DNA of 64,000 bases from Deinococcales bacterium. Lineage in GTDB: Bacteria > Deinococcota > Deinococci > Deinococcales > JAAFIG01. Shown in pieces: positions 40,217-50,255 of this stretch. Location of the stretch: NCBI GenBank assembly GCA_043778225.1, contig JAYWGM010000063.1, forward strand, positions 17,107-81,106, in the 5' to 3' direction. The position numbers were made by a program, and so were the translations under genes. How positions within the stretch are numbered: position 1 is the first letter of the stretch; each line of letters begins with the position of its first letter. The notes beneath the pieces were generated by a model. That model worked only from the letters and a program-made list of their open reading frames with translations. It made no database searches and had not been told where the DNA came from.

Positions 40217-41395
40217 ATGGGATTAGCCCAAAATTTTGATTTTATCTTTGCTGGAGCGGGTGCAAGCGGCTTGGCGTTGGCGTATCTTTTGCCGCCAGAA
40301 GTTTCGGTGCTGCTTGTGGATCAAAGCCCAAAAACCACAAATGACCGAACTTGGTGCTTTTGGGAAGCTCAAACCAATCCTTTTGAAGAAATTGTGCTTC
40401 ACCGTTGGGATAATATCTTTTTTCATGCCAGCGATTTCTCGAGCCGCTTGGCGATTTCGCCCTACCAGTACAAAATGATTCGCGGTATTGATTTTTATAA
40501 CCTGACGATGCAAAATTTAAGTCAGCGCCCGAATGTCCGTTTTTTGTATGGGACAATAGAAAAGCTCGAGTCCGACCAAACCGAGGCTCGAGTGACGATC
40601 GGTGGTCAGACCTACCGCGCTCCATGGGCATTTAACAGCGCTTTTCGATCAAGTGTGCCAAGTGGGTATCAAAGCCTGTTGCAGCACTTTAAGGGCTACA
40701 TCATAAAAACATCCGAGGATGCCTTTGACCCCAAAGCTGCCACATTTATGGATTTTCGGATAGACCAGATGGGCGAAACGCGCTTTGTCTATGTCTTGCC
40801 GTTTGACCGACGAACCGCTTTGGTCGAGTACACGCTGTTCTCGAGTGCCTTGTTGCCAGCCTCAGCCTACGATATTGCTCTCGAGCAGTACATCAAAACC
40901 TACATCACAGCTTTACCCTACCAAATTCTCGAGACCGAGGCTGGCGTTATCCCAATGACCGATGCCCCTTTTCCACGGCTGCACAGCCCTCGAGTGATGA
41001 ACATTGGCATTGCTGGAGGTCGAGCCAAAGCCAGCACGGGTTATGCCTTTAGGCGGATTGTGCGTCAGGCCCAAGCCATTGCCAAGCACCTCGAGCAAAC
41101 CCAATCGCCACTGTTTTTGGAAAGCCGCTTTGACCGCCATGCTTGGATGGACAGCGTATACCTGCGGGTACTCGAGCAAAAACGCATTGGTGGGGCAGAA
41201 TTTTTTAGTGGCTTATTTCAGCGCAACCCAGCCAATCAGGTACTCAAGTTTTTAGATGAAAGCACAGGTTTACTCGAGGATTTACGCTTAATGAGTTCGG
41301 TCAACATCCCCGTTTTTACGCGCAGCGCCTTCGAGATTTCGGCTCAGACGGCACGGCGTTCGCTGATGCGAATTGCGCCTAACACGACCCGATAA
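40217..41395 (+). CDS. Lycopene cyclase family protein
   Basis: FAGAGASGL, NDRTWCFW, FMDFR, FVYVLP, LVEYT, EAGVIPM, GGRAKASTGYAF. Confidence 0.88.
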   Translation: MGLAQNFDFIFAGAGASGLALAYLLPPEVSVLLVDQSPKTTNDRTWCFWEAQTNPFEEIVLHRWDNIFFHASDFSSRLAISPYQYKMIRGIDFYNLTMQNLSQRPNVRFLYGTIEKLESDQTEARVTIGGQTYRAPWAFNSAFRSSVPSGYQSLLQHFKGYIIKTSEDAFDPKAATFMDFRIDQMGETRFVYVLPFDRRTALVEYTLFSSALLPASAYDIALEQYIKTYITALPYQILETEAGVIPMTDAPFPRLHSPRVMNIGIAGGRAKASTGYAFRRIVRQAQAIAKHLEQTQSPLFLESRFDRHAWMDSVYLRVLEQKRIGGAEFFSGLFQRNPANQVLKFLDESTGLLEDLRLMSSVNIPVFTRSAFEISAQTARRSLMRIAPNTTR

Positions 41396-41883
41396 ATTGA
41401 CCAGACCCAAACCGCAAAAATAAGACCAAAGCCAACCAAAATAAAGGTCAGTAAACCGCCAAGAATGTACAACCAAAATGACCACCAAAAGGTTTCGACA
41501 ATCCATTTGGCGTGCGACTCGAGGTATGTGCCACGCACCTCATCACGTTTGACATACGCCATAATGAGGCTGACAATACCACTGATTCCACCTGTCAAAA
41601 GCGCTACTCCAAGCAGGATATGGGCAATTAAAAAATAAGTGTAATCGCTTTCCTTGACTCCTGAATTTGGGTTTGCAACCACCACTGGCGCAAAACGCGG
41701 TGGGGCTGGGGCTGCTTGAGCAGGGGCTAAAACCGTGGCAATCGGCTGCCAATCGCTCATGCCTTCTGTCCAGACTAAGGCATCTATCGGCACTTCGCCG
41801 TTGCGTCGAAAGTTCTCGAGTTGCGAGACCGAATATGGACCACGCTGGGCGTTATCGGCATACACCATGTAAAATCGTTCCAC
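41344..41883 (-). CDS. GYF_2 (DUF4339) domain + DUF4870-like membrane protein
   Basis: QRGPYS...LVWTEGMSDWQP; MAYVKRDE...SHAKWIVETFW; TATACT 6 nt before GTG. Confidence 0.8.
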   Translation of the reverse strand: MERFYMVYADNAQRGPYSVSQLENFRRNGEVPIDALVWTEGMSDWQPIATVLAPAQAAPAPPRFAPVVVANPNSGVKESDYTYFLIAHILLGVALLTGGISGIVSLIMAYVKRDEVRGTYLESHAKWIVETFWWSFWLYILGGLLTFILVGFGLIFAVWVWSIYRVVLGAIRISERRAV

Positions 41884-41935
41884 ATTTTTAGTATACGAGG
41901 TTTTTTGAGAATCGTTCCCAAGCTCGAGTAAATAC

Positions 41936-41960
41936 AAAAACCACCAGTTAAGGTGGCTTT
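41936..41960 (-). terminator. Terminator after the tRNA operon
   Basis: AAAGCCACC-TTAACT-GGTGGTTTTT. Confidence 0.7.
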
Positions 41961-41964
41961 CATG

Positions 41965-42041
<77 letters not shown>

Positions 42042-42084
42042 CGACCCGTTCTATTGCGACCCGTTTTGCTATGCGGGGTTTTGC

Positions 42085-42176
42085 TGGCGGAGGGAGAGAG
42101 ATTCGAACTCTCGGTACAAATTTCTTCGTACGACGGTTTAGCAAACCGTTGGTTTCAACCGCTCACCCATCCCTCC
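42085..42176 (-). tRNA. tRNA-Ser(GCT)
   Basis: GGAGGGATGG...ACGGT-TT-GCT-AA-ACCGT, long variable arm, CCA end. Confidence 0.95.
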
Positions 42177-42202
42177 TAGGACAGTTCTTGGGATTTATGG
42201 TC

Positions 42203-42292
42203 TGGCGGAGGGTGAGGGATTCGAACCCCCGGTAGAGTTCCCCCTACTACAGTTTTCAAGACTGTCGCCTTCAACCGCTCGGCCAACCCTCC
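42203..42292 (-). tRNA. tRNA-Ser(TGA)
   Basis: GGAGGGTTGG...ACAGT-CT-TGA-AA-ACTGT, long variable arm, CCA end. Confidence 0.95.
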
Positions 42293-42328
42293 CTAAGAGA
42301 GCAACACACTTCAAGAAGTGCGAGCGAG

Positions 42329-42357
42329 AGTGTATCAGGCAGGAGGTGGCGTGTCAA
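42329..42357 (-). promoter_or_regulatory. Promoter of the tRNA Ser-Ser-Arg operon
   Basis: TTGACA, 17 nt, TACACT. Confidence 0.85.
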
Positions 42358-42436
42358 CTGGTGCGTGAACCCATGTGTAAACTGGTACGTGAACCCATGT
42401 GTCAACTGGTACGTGAACCCATGTGTCAACTGGTAC
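42351..42436. repeat. 24-bp tandem repeat x3.6
   Basis: GTGTMAACTGGTRCGTGAACCCAT units with no spacers. Confidence 0.95.
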
Positions 42437-42472
42437 AAAGGCTGATGACTCTCGGGGTATACTTGGAGTTCG

Positions 42473-42910
42473 ATGATTGAAGGATATTTAGGTTCAGAGC
42501 GGTTCGAGGTTAAAGTTCGACTCGAGGGTGATAAGTTACTTGGGCGTGTTGGTGGCGCATTGATGGCTCGGGATGTGAAACTAGACTTGAGTGCCACAGG
42601 CGTGACCGGACGGGTTGGCGGCAGCAATGGCTTTGATGTGCGCCTTAGCCTCGAGTCTGGCGAGTTAATTGGCTTTGTCGGCAACGACCCAATCAGTTTA
42701 CGTGGTGTGGACATGGTGGTTGGCACACTGGGCGACGGTTTTTCGGCACTCGAGTTTGGCGCACGTCAGTCGGGTACAAAACTGGTTGGCAGCCTTGGTG
42801 GTCTTCTTGGTAAGCCGTTTATGCTCGAGTTAGGCGAAGCCCCCGGTTGGCTTGGAGCGCTGGTTGTGTTGGTGGCTTTTTATGCACTCGAGCGGCACAC
42901 AACCAAGTAA
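42473..42910 (+). CDS. Gly-rich hypothetical protein with GRVGG repeats
   Basis: 145-aa ORF with TATACT upstream. Confidence 0.75.
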   Translation: MIEGYLGSERFEVKVRLEGDKLLGRVGGALMARDVKLDLSATGVTGRVGGSNGFDVRLSLESGELIGFVGNDPISLRGVDMVVGTLGDGFSALEFGARQSGTKLVGSLGGLLGKPFMLELGEAPGWLGALVVLVAFYALERHTTK

Positions 42911-42911
42911 A

Positions 42912-43913
42912 TTAATGAGCGGTGCTGCGGCGTTCGATTAAGTGCGGTTCAAAACGCACTTGGCGTGGTTTGCCTTGATAGCCGTTGAGGCGTTCAATCA
43001 GCAGTTCGGCAGCCGCCGCCCCCATGGCTTCGACTGGCTGATGCAGGGTGGTTAGACCACGTTCCTTTGCCCAGGGGTGGTCGTCAAAGCCAATCACTCG
43101 AACATCTGTGCCAATCTCGAGGTTTCTGGCTTTGGCTTCATCCAAGACCGCCAAAGCCACCAAGTCGGCGGCGGCAAAGATATTGACTGGAAAAGTGGCG
43201 TTGTCTAGGATATTTTGGGCGGCTTGTCGAGCGTTGTTCAGGTCAAACGTAATCGTCTGTAGACAAGGCTCTGGCAGTGGGCGCTTGGCTGTCTCGAGGG
43301 CTTTTCTAAAGCCACGCATTCGATCCTGAAAAACGGTATTTTTGAAGACTTCATCCAAAGCCTGATGAACACTGATGGCATGAATTTCGCCAGCTAAGCC
43401 AGCTAGGGCTTTGGCTGCCAGTTCGCCGCCGAGTTCGTTGTCTAAAAAAACACTGTCGTAATGGCGGCTACAACCGTCTACAATCACGACCGGTTGACGG
43501 GTCGGCAGTTTGCCATCCGAGTATAAATCGCCAAGGTTATGGCTTGCCATGATGATGCCATCGGACTGATAGGCTAAGGTACTCGAGTTCAAGTAGCGCT
43601 CTAAGCGCTCGCGCCCAATCAGTGGAAACAAGGCGCTGTCGTAACGGTGGGTCTCGAGGGTTTTCTCGAGTCCGGACAGCAAGCGAATGTAAAATTCTGT
43701 GCCGACGACTTGCAAAATAATACTGACGCTGTAACTTTTTCCGCCCGCCACACGCCGCGCATGGGGGTTAGGAACAAATCCAAGCTCCTGCATGGCGCTG
43801 GTGACGCGCTCTCGGGTTTCGGGGCGCACCGATTTATGGTTGTTCAGCACCCGAGAAACTGTGCCAACCCCGACACCAGCTTTATGAGCCACTTCTTGGA
43901 TGGTCAGTTTCAC
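42912..43913 (-). CDS. LacI family transcriptional regulator
   Basis: TIQEVAHKAGVGVGTVSRVLN, VIGFDD, LTTLHQP. Confidence 0.93.
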   Translation of the reverse strand: MKLTIQEVAHKAGVGVGTVSRVLNNHKSVRPETRERVTSAMQELGFVPNPHARRVAGGKSYSVSIILQVVGTEFYIRLLSGLEKTLETHRYDSALFPLIGRERLERYLNSSTLAYQSDGIIMASHNLGDLYSDGKLPTRQPVVIVDGCSRHYDSVFLDNELGGELAAKALAGLAGEIHAISVHQALDEVFKNTVFQDRMRGFRKALETAKRPLPEPCLQTITFDLNNARQAAQNILDNATFPVNIFAAADLVALAVLDEAKARNLEIGTDVRVIGFDDHPWAKERGLTTLHQPVEAMGAAAAELLIERLNGYQGKPRQVRFEPHLIERRSTAH

Positions 43914-43949
43914 AAATCGCAGCATAACACCAAAGGGTAGACTGCCTTC

Positions 43950-44864
43950 GTGATTTTCTTGTTTTCTCGAGCCTTACAAACCCTGATGGTGCTGTGGTTG
44001 GTTGGCACGATTGCTTTTTTGGCATTGCACGTGGCTGGCGACCCCGTTTCGCTGCTGGTGTCCGAGGATGCGACCCCACTCGAGCGCCAGACCTTACGCC
44101 AAGCCTACGGACTCGAGCAGCCTCTTTTGGTGCAGTATTTTATTTTTTGGAAAAACGCGGCTCAAGGCGAACTGGGTAATTCTTTTTATAGCCAGCAAAG
44201 CGCCATGCACCTTTTGCTCGAGCGTTTGCCAGCCACGCTTGGCTTGGTACTGCTCGGTTTAACTTTGGGGCTGCTGCTCGGTGTGCCACTTGGCGTGTTG
44301 AGTGCGGCTAAAGCTGGCTCGAGCTTTGACCGAATTTTACAGGGTTTGTGTGCCGTATTTATCAGTGCGCCAAGTTTTTGGATTGGTATCGTTTTGATTC
44401 ATCTTTTTGCTGTCCAATGGCGACTTTTGCCATCTCAGGGCAGTGGTACGGTCTGGCATCTTATTTTGCCAGCCGTCACGTTGGCGTTGCCTCGAGCCGC
44501 TGTCTATGTGCAAATTTTGCGCCTCGAATTGCTCGAGGTTCTCAGTCAAGATTTTATCCGCACCGCTCGAGCCAAAGGTGTCCTCGAGACTCGGGTGCTG
44601 TACCATCATGCCCTTCGCAATTGTTTTGTGCCGTTTGTGACGGTTTTTGGTTTGCAACTCTCGGGCTTACTGTCTGGGGCAGTCATCACCGAAAGTTTAT
44701 TTGCGTACCCCGGCATGAACCGCTTGGCATTGGATGCGATGAATCGTTTGGATATTCCAGTTATTTTGGCATTTGTGCTGCTCAGTGCTTTTTTATTTGC
44801 GAGCATTAACTTCTTAACCGACCTTGGCTATGTGTTGATTGACCCTCGTGTGCGCTATGAATAA
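43950..44864 (+). CDS. Peptide/nickel ABC permease (DppB-like)
   Basis: ERLPATL, DFIRTARAKG, HALRN, TESLFAYPG. Confidence 0.92.
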   Translation: MIFLFSRALQTLMVLWLVGTIAFLALHVAGDPVSLLVSEDATPLERQTLRQAYGLEQPLLVQYFIFWKNAAQGELGNSFYSQQSAMHLLLERLPATLGLVLLGLTLGLLLGVPLGVLSAAKAGSSFDRILQGLCAVFISAPSFWIGIVLIHLFAVQWRLLPSQGSGTVWHLILPAVTLALPRAAVYVQILRLELLEVLSQDFIRTARAKGVLETRVLYHHALRNCFVPFVTVFGLQLSGLLSGAVITESLFAYPGMNRLALDAMNRLDIPVILAFVLLSAFLFASINFLTDLGYVLIDPRVRYE

Positions 44865-45669
44865 AAAGAACATTTTTTATGCGGCACTGCCGCTCTTGTT
44901 TTTTCTTGGCTTGGCGGTCTTGGCTCGGGTTTTTTTGCCAAACCCCAACAATCAGAACTTACTCGAGACCCTACAAGCTCCTTTTGGCACACATTGGCTT
45001 GGTACAGACGAACTTGGGCGTGATGTTTTCGGGCTTTTGCTGCACGGCTTAGGGATTTCGCTCTTGGTTGGCTTGCTGTGCAGCCTGATTTCGGCAGCCA
45101 TTGGCGTACCATTGGGTTTATTGGCGGGGCTGCGCGGCGGTTGGCTCGAGATCATCATCATGCGGGCTATCGAAGTCCAAATGGCACTGCCGACGGTTTT
45201 ACTGGCGCTGGTGACACTAGCGTTATTGGGGGCTGGACTCGAGAATCTAATTGTGATTATCGGCGTTTTTGGTTGGGCTGGCTTTGCTCGTTATACCCGA
45301 GCCACGGTTTTGGTACAGCGCCAACTCGAGTATGTGCTGGCAGCCCAAGCCTTGGGTGCAAATGACTGGCGCACCATTTTGCGCCATGTGTTGCCCAATG
45401 TTGCCAGTGGGATTTTATTGCAAATCAGCCTCGATTTTCCGCAGAACATTCTGCTCGAGGCAAGTCTGTCTTTTTTAGGTGTGGGGGTTGGCGTAGACAC
45501 CCCAAGCCTTGGCGCGATGGTCTCGAGGGGTTATGGCTATTTACTGAGTGGCGCATGGTGGCTCAGTCTTTTGCCCGGAGGGTTTATTATGTTGCTGGTG
45601 TTAAGCACCAATCGGCTGACTGAAGCCATTCGGGTCGGTTTAGACCCAAGAGCCAAGCCAGAACGTTAA
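44857..45669 (+). CDS. Peptide/nickel ABC permease (DppC-like)
   Basis: HWLGTDELGRD, EYVLAAQALGA, RHVLPN, EASLSFLG. Confidence 0.92.
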   Translation: MNKKNIFYAALPLLFFLGLAVLARVFLPNPNNQNLLETLQAPFGTHWLGTDELGRDVFGLLLHGLGISLLVGLLCSLISAAIGVPLGLLAGLRGGWLEIIIMRAIEVQMALPTVLLALVTLALLGAGLENLIVIIGVFGWAGFARYTRATVLVQRQLEYVLAAQALGANDWRTILRHVLPNVASGILLQISLDFPQNILLEASLSFLGVGVGVDTPSLGAMVSRGYGYLLSGAWWLSLLPGGFIMLLVLSTNRLTEAIRVGLDPRAKPER

Positions 45670-46196
45670 TTTTTGAGCAGCAGACTTGTAAAGTGCTTAC
45701 GGGCTTTTGCCACCTTGGGCGCAACCACACCGATACAGTAGCCCTGAAATTGATTGCGGGCATAATAATTTTGGTGGTAGGTCTCGGCGGGGTAAAAGAT
45801 TTTTAGCGGTTCAAGTTGGGTCACGATTGCTTGGTCATAAACACTCGAGAAGGCTTGAATCACGGTTTTTGCGATTTCGAGTTGCGATTGGCTATGGGTC
45901 AAAATAATGCTGCGGTAACTCTCGCCGATGTCGTTGCCTTGGCGGTTGAGCGTCGTCGGGTCATGAATCGTAAAAAAGACATTCAGCAGGTTCTCAAAAC
46001 TGATTTCAGTGTTCTCAAATTCAACTTGTGTCACCTCGGCATGACCTGTGGTTTCGCTACAGACCGCCTGATAGGTTGGATTGGTCGTGTGACCGCCAGC
46101 ATAGCCACTGACAACCTTTCTAACGCCACGAAGCTCGAGAAATACCGCCTCGAGACACCAAAAGCAGCCACCGCCTAATGTTGCCGTTTCAATCAT
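45666..46196 (-). CDS. msrA: Peptide methionine (S)-sulfoxide reductase
   Basis: GGGCFWC, TGHAE, HDPTTLNRQGND, AETYHQNY. Confidence 0.96.
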   Translation of the reverse strand: MIETATLGGGCFWCLEAVFLELRGVRKVVSGYAGGHTTNPTYQAVCSETTGHAEVTQVEFENTEISFENLLNVFFTIHDPTTLNRQGNDIGESYRSIILTHSQSQLEIAKTVIQAFSSVYDQAIVTQLEPLKIFYPAETYHQNYYARNQFQGYCIGVVAPKVAKARKHFTSLLLKN

Positions 46197-46243
46197 GGTT
46201 AGAGTTTAGCCAATTCAAAGGCATATGAACAGAGACGGGCTAC

Positions 46244-47431
46244 TCATTTCAAATACTTATCGCTCGAGAATGACCCACCCAAAACCTGTTGGCTCGAGAC
46301 ACCCAGCCAGTTCTCGAGGGCTTGTCCGTAGACACCGCGAAAATCGGTGCTGAATCTTAAATCGCCATTGTCAAGTTTCTCGAGGTCTGGGGCTGTGCCA
46401 TGGATACCACCCAGCACGCCATTTCCAAGGGCAAACATGATGCTGGCTTTACCGTGGTCTGTGCCAGAACTGGCATTTTCGGCAACCCGCCGACCAAATT
46501 CCGAGAAACCCAAGACCAGCACATCGTTGGCGCGTCCTTGGGTCTCGAGGTCGGCGCGAAAGGCTTCAAGGCTCGAGGACAGGTCGGCAAGCAATTTGGG
46601 ATGGTCTTCTGGTTGTGCCGCGTGGGTGTCGTAGCCACCCTGCTGCACATAGTAAACCCGTAAGCCAAGGTCGGTGCTGATGAGCCGTGCCACATCGCGC
46701 AAATTGTTGGCTAAGCCAGATTTTGGATAAGTCGCGCCAGCTTTATATTTTTGTAAGTTCTTTTGTACCCGAGCCGTGTTCTCGAGCAACGATAAAGTAT
46801 TGCGGCGCAGCAAATCGGTCTTGCCTTTGTCGCTGTAGCCCTCGACTGGATACGACAATAAATCCTTATACGCCGCATCGAGTTTAGGCTCGAGTTTTAA
46901 TTGAAACGAATCCACACTGCTAATCGAAGGCAGAATCACACTGTTGCTCTCGAGTGCTTTGGGTTTAATGCTACCAAAATTGGTGGCACAAAATGGGTCG
47001 CCGTAAAGGTCGGCAAAACGCCCAATCCAGCCTTCGGACTGGGTAGCATTGGGGTTAGCGGTGTGCCAGATTGCCATGCTTTCAAAATGACTGCGGTTTG
47101 AATTGGGATAGCCCACGCCCTGAATAATCCCGAGTTGTCCAGCCTCCCAGCTTTTCAGGAATGGGCGCAGACTTGGATGTAAGCCAGCATCTGCCGACAA
47201 AGCCAGTACCTCTTTTTTGGTAATCGCAATGCTCGGACGCGCCGCATAATAAGCACCATTGCTGTACGGCACAAGCGTATTCAAACCATCGTTGCCGCCA
47301 GACAATTGCACAACCACCAAAATTTTGCCTTGCCCATCAGCCGCCAAAGCGGTTTTCTCGAGGAAACTCGGAGCGCCAAAGCCAGCCGCAAGGGTAAAGA
47401 AGGAGTTTGCTAAAAATTCGCGTCGTTTCAT
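46244..47431 (-). CDS. DUF1501 protein (Tat signal), copy 2
   Basis: MKRREFL, LSGGNDGLN, GGYDTHA, SEFGRR..EN..GTDHG. Confidence 0.88.
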   Translation of the reverse strand: MKRREFLANSFFTLAAGFGAPSFLEKTALAADGQGKILVVVQLSGGNDGLNTLVPYSNGAYYAARPSIAITKKEVLALSADAGLHPSLRPFLKSWEAGQLGIIQGVGYPNSNRSHFESMAIWHTANPNATQSEGWIGRFADLYGDPFCATNFGSIKPKALESNSVILPSISSVDSFQLKLEPKLDAAYKDLLSYPVEGYSDKGKTDLLRRNTLSLLENTARVQKNLQKYKAGATYPKSGLANNLRDVARLISTDLGLRVYYVQQGGYDTHAAQPEDHPKLLADLSSSLEAFRADLETQGRANDVLVLGFSEFGRRVAENASSGTDHGKASIMFALGNGVLGGIHGTAPDLEKLDNGDLRFSTDFRGVYGQALENWLGVSSQQVLGGSFSSDKYLK

Positions 47432-47439
47432 AAAAGCTC

Positions 47440-48831
47440 CTAACTTAGGTGATACTGCGGACTGCCCAAAATAAGATACGCCAAGCCCTTAACCGTATCG
47501 GGGCTGTTTTTGCTATCGGCATATTTCTCGAGGCTACGGCGTAGGGCATCTTCGGGCGGGGCATCAAGAAACATTTGCCCAAGGGCGTTAATCGTCTCGA
47601 GGGCGGTTTTTCCTTGGGGTAAACGGTAACGAATCGCAGGTGTGGTTTGTCCTTTTTGCAGGTTGGCGGGCAAGCGGTACTGCGAGACACCACCAATAAA
47701 ATTGAGCCGACTGAGTAAGCTCGAGTCTGATACCCAAGTTGTTCCACCATCCCAGCCTTTGACATTGGGAGGATTAAACAAGCGTTGCCCCATATTCTGC
47801 ATGGCACTGTATGCTCCAAGGCACTGCTCGGGAGTGGCTTTGACCTCGAGCCGACGCAGTGTGCCAACGACATACTCGGCTGGGCTTTTGACCAGTGCGT
47901 AGCGGCTTTTGTTGCTGTAAAAAACTTGGCTGGTCAGGATGCGCCGCAAAAGCGCCGCAATTTCGCCGTTGCTCTCTTGCCAAACTTGGGTCAGGGTTTC
48001 GAGGTCAGCGTCCGAAATAGCGTCATCTACAAAAAAATTCCAGAGCTTGGTGATGATAAATTTGGCGCTGCTTGGGTGTGCCACTGCCAAGCGCACGATG
48101 TCTTCGCCAGTCCATGTACCGCGCTGACCAAGATAGGTTTTTTCGCCAGTATCGAACTGATTTTTATTAAAGACATATTGCGGATTGATGTACTTGGCGT
48201 TGTCTTTGGGGTTTTGTGGATTTGCATTACTTAAAGTCCAACCTGTAAAAGCTCGAGCCGACTCTTGGACATCGGTTTCGCTGTAGCCACCATTGACTCC
48301 AAGCGTAAAGAGTTCCATCAGTTCTCGAGCATAATTTTCGTTGGGCTTGCCTTTGACATTGCGGTTGTTGTCTAAATAGCGCAACATCGCGGGGTCTTTG
48401 GAGATGGCTTGCACCAGTGTTTCAAATTTACCCAAGCCAAGGCGGCGCAGGGTTTGATTTTGTAGCTGCATTGCAAACGGATTTTCGACTTTGCTTAGTT
48501 CGGTGGCAAAATGTCCATGCCAAAAAAGCGTTAATTTTTCTTTGAGAGGTTGGTTGGTGTAAATCAGTTTATGCAGCCACCAACCATATAAACCAGTCCC
48601 AGCCCCGATACCTTCATTCTTTTCTTGGCGCTCTAAAAATAACTGCTCGAGGTCAAAAGGATTATTTTCAGTGCCATCGTCGCTCGAGGTATAGAGCAGC
48701 CGTTCAACCGCCAGTTCCACACCGAGTTTGGCGTATGTGGCAATTTCTTGGCTCGAGCCGCCAAATCCAGCCCGTCGCAATAAGTGGGCAGCATCGGACA
48801 GCGAATAATTTTTTGGTGCATAGGGCAGCAT
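47440..48831 (-). CDS. DUF1800 protein, copy 2
   Basis: [54 protein letters not shown]. Confidence 0.88.
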   Translation of the reverse strand: MLPYAPKNYSLSDAAHLLRRAGFGGSSQEIATYAKLGVELAVERLLYTSSDDGTENNPFDLEQLFLERQEKNEGIGAGTGLYGWWLHKLIYTNQPLKEKLTLFWHGHFATELSKVENPFAMQLQNQTLRRLGLGKFETLVQAISKDPAMLRYLDNNRNVKGKPNENYARELMELFTLGVNGGYSETDVQESARAFTGWTLSNANPQNPKDNAKYINPQYVFNKNQFDTGEKTYLGQRGTWTGEDIVRLAVAHPSSAKFIITKLWNFFVDDAISDADLETLTQVWQESNGEIAALLRRILTSQVFYSNKSRYALVKSPAEYVVGTLRRLEVKATPEQCLGAYSAMQNMGQRLFNPPNVKGWDGGTTWVSDSSLLSRLNFIGGVSQYRLPANLQKGQTTPAIRYRLPQGKTALETINALGQMFLDAPPEDALRRSLEKYADSKNSPDTVKGLAYLILGSPQYHLS

Positions 48832-48883
48832 GGCTTGACCTCCATTGGTTCTAGTTTAATACAGTGTACTGCCCAGTTCTATG

Positions 48884-48924
48884 AAAAATACAGCAAGGTC
48901 AAGACCAATGTCTTAACCTTGCTG
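48884..48924 (-). terminator. Hairpin/terminator between the two DUF1800-DUF1501 pairs
   Basis: CAGCAAGGTTAAGAC-ATTG-GTCTTGACCTTGCTG followed by TATTTTT. Confidence 0.7.
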
Positions 48925-48934
48925 ATTCTCGAGC

Positions 48935-50104
48935 CTACTTTAAGAAAGCAATATTTTTGAACGAAGCCCCCAAAATATCTCGGCTTGGTACATTCAGCCA
49001 TCCATCAAGCGCCGTGGCATAAACTTGTCGAAAATCGGTGGTCATGACTGGATCGCCGTCGTTGAGTTTTTCGAGGTCGGGTTGTGCGCCGTACAATCCG
49101 CCTTTGACCTGTTCGCCGATGGTAAACATCAAACCAGCTTTACCGTGGTCAGTGCCAGAACTGGCATTCTCGGCAAGTCGCCGCCCAAATTCCGAGAAAC
49201 CAATAATCATCACATCGTCTAAGCGCCCTTGTTTCTCGAGGTCAGCCCGAAACGCGATAATGCTGCTGGCTAAGGTCTCGAGCAATTCTGGGTGGTCTTC
49301 GGGTTGGGCAGCATGGGTATCGTAACCGCCTTGCGAGGTGTAAAAAACCCGAGGTCCAACATCGGCACTGATGAGACGGGCAATATCGCGCAGGCTGCCC
49401 GCCAGATTGCTTTCGGGGTAGGCAGTACCTGCTTTGTACTTGCTGACCCCTTTTTGTACGCTGTCAATGTTAGAGAACATCTGATTGGTGGCGTTACGAA
49501 TCGTTTCGGCACGTCCGGGCATTTTTGAACTGAGCATGATGTCCACCGCCGTTTTGGCTTCGGGAGCAAGTTTTAACTGAAAACTATCGATATTGGCAAT
49601 GCTCGGTAAAATAATATCCGCGCCACGCAATGCCAACGGGGTCGTACCGCCAAAGTTGGTGGCACAAAATGGGTCGCCGTATTTTTCGGCAATTCGTCCA
49701 ATCCAGCCATCGTGTTCTCTGGCACTTGGGTCGGCGGTGTGCCAAATTGCCATGCTTTCAAAGTGGCTGCGGTTGGCATTGGGATAACCCACACCCTGCA
49801 CCAAGCCCAGTTTTCCATCGTCCCAGAGTCGCATCAAAGGCTTGAGGCTTGGGTGTAAGCCAACATCGCTGCTGAGCGTCAGCACGTCTTTTTTCTCGAT
49901 GGCGATGCTCGGGCGAGCGGCATAGTATGCGCCATTGCTGTACGGTACAAGCGTATTCAGGGCATCGTTGCCACCAGACAACTGAATCACGACCAGAATT
50001 TTGCCTTTACCGATGGCGGCTTGGGCGCTTCTCGAGAGAAAACCAGGTCCGGTCAAGCCAGCCACGGTCAACATCGAAGATTTTAAGAAGTCACGTCTTT
50101 TCAT
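48935..50104 (-). CDS. DUF1501 protein (Tat signal), copy 1
   Basis: [45 protein letters not shown]. Confidence 0.88.
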   Translation of the reverse strand: MKRRDFLKSSMLTVAGLTGPGFLSRSAQAAIGKGKILVVIQLSGGNDALNTLVPYSNGAYYAARPSIAIEKKDVLTLSSDVGLHPSLKPLMRLWDDGKLGLVQGVGYPNANRSHFESMAIWHTADPSAREHDGWIGRIAEKYGDPFCATNFGGTTPLALRGADIILPSIANIDSFQLKLAPEAKTAVDIMLSSKMPGRAETIRNATNQMFSNIDSVQKGVSKYKAGTAYPESNLAGSLRDIARLISADVGPRVFYTSQGGYDTHAAQPEDHPELLETLASSIIAFRADLEKQGRLDDVMIIGFSEFGRRLAENASSGTDHGKAGLMFTIGEQVKGGLYGAQPDLEKLNDGDPVMTTDFRQVYATALDGWLNVPSRDILGASFKNIAFLK

Positions 50105-50255
50105 AAATAGCTCCTTGCAACTCGAGATTCGTTTTGAATCAGCACAGAAATGTAACGAAACTCGAGCGAGGTCTGCACCAAACGCGGCAACTCGAGCCGA
50201 ACACGAATTTTTTTGCAACCACAAAGCTGGCAATTCGAGCAGGTCTTTTTCATGA

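Noticed and set aside
42351..42436. CRISPR array
   Set aside because: Contiguous repeats with no unique spacers and no cas genes; the same applies to 34055, 51733 and 61108
42271..42726. 151-aa ORF with YQLTHGFT repeats
   Set aside because: Antisense to a real gene, and runs through the tRNA promoter repeats into tRNA-Ser
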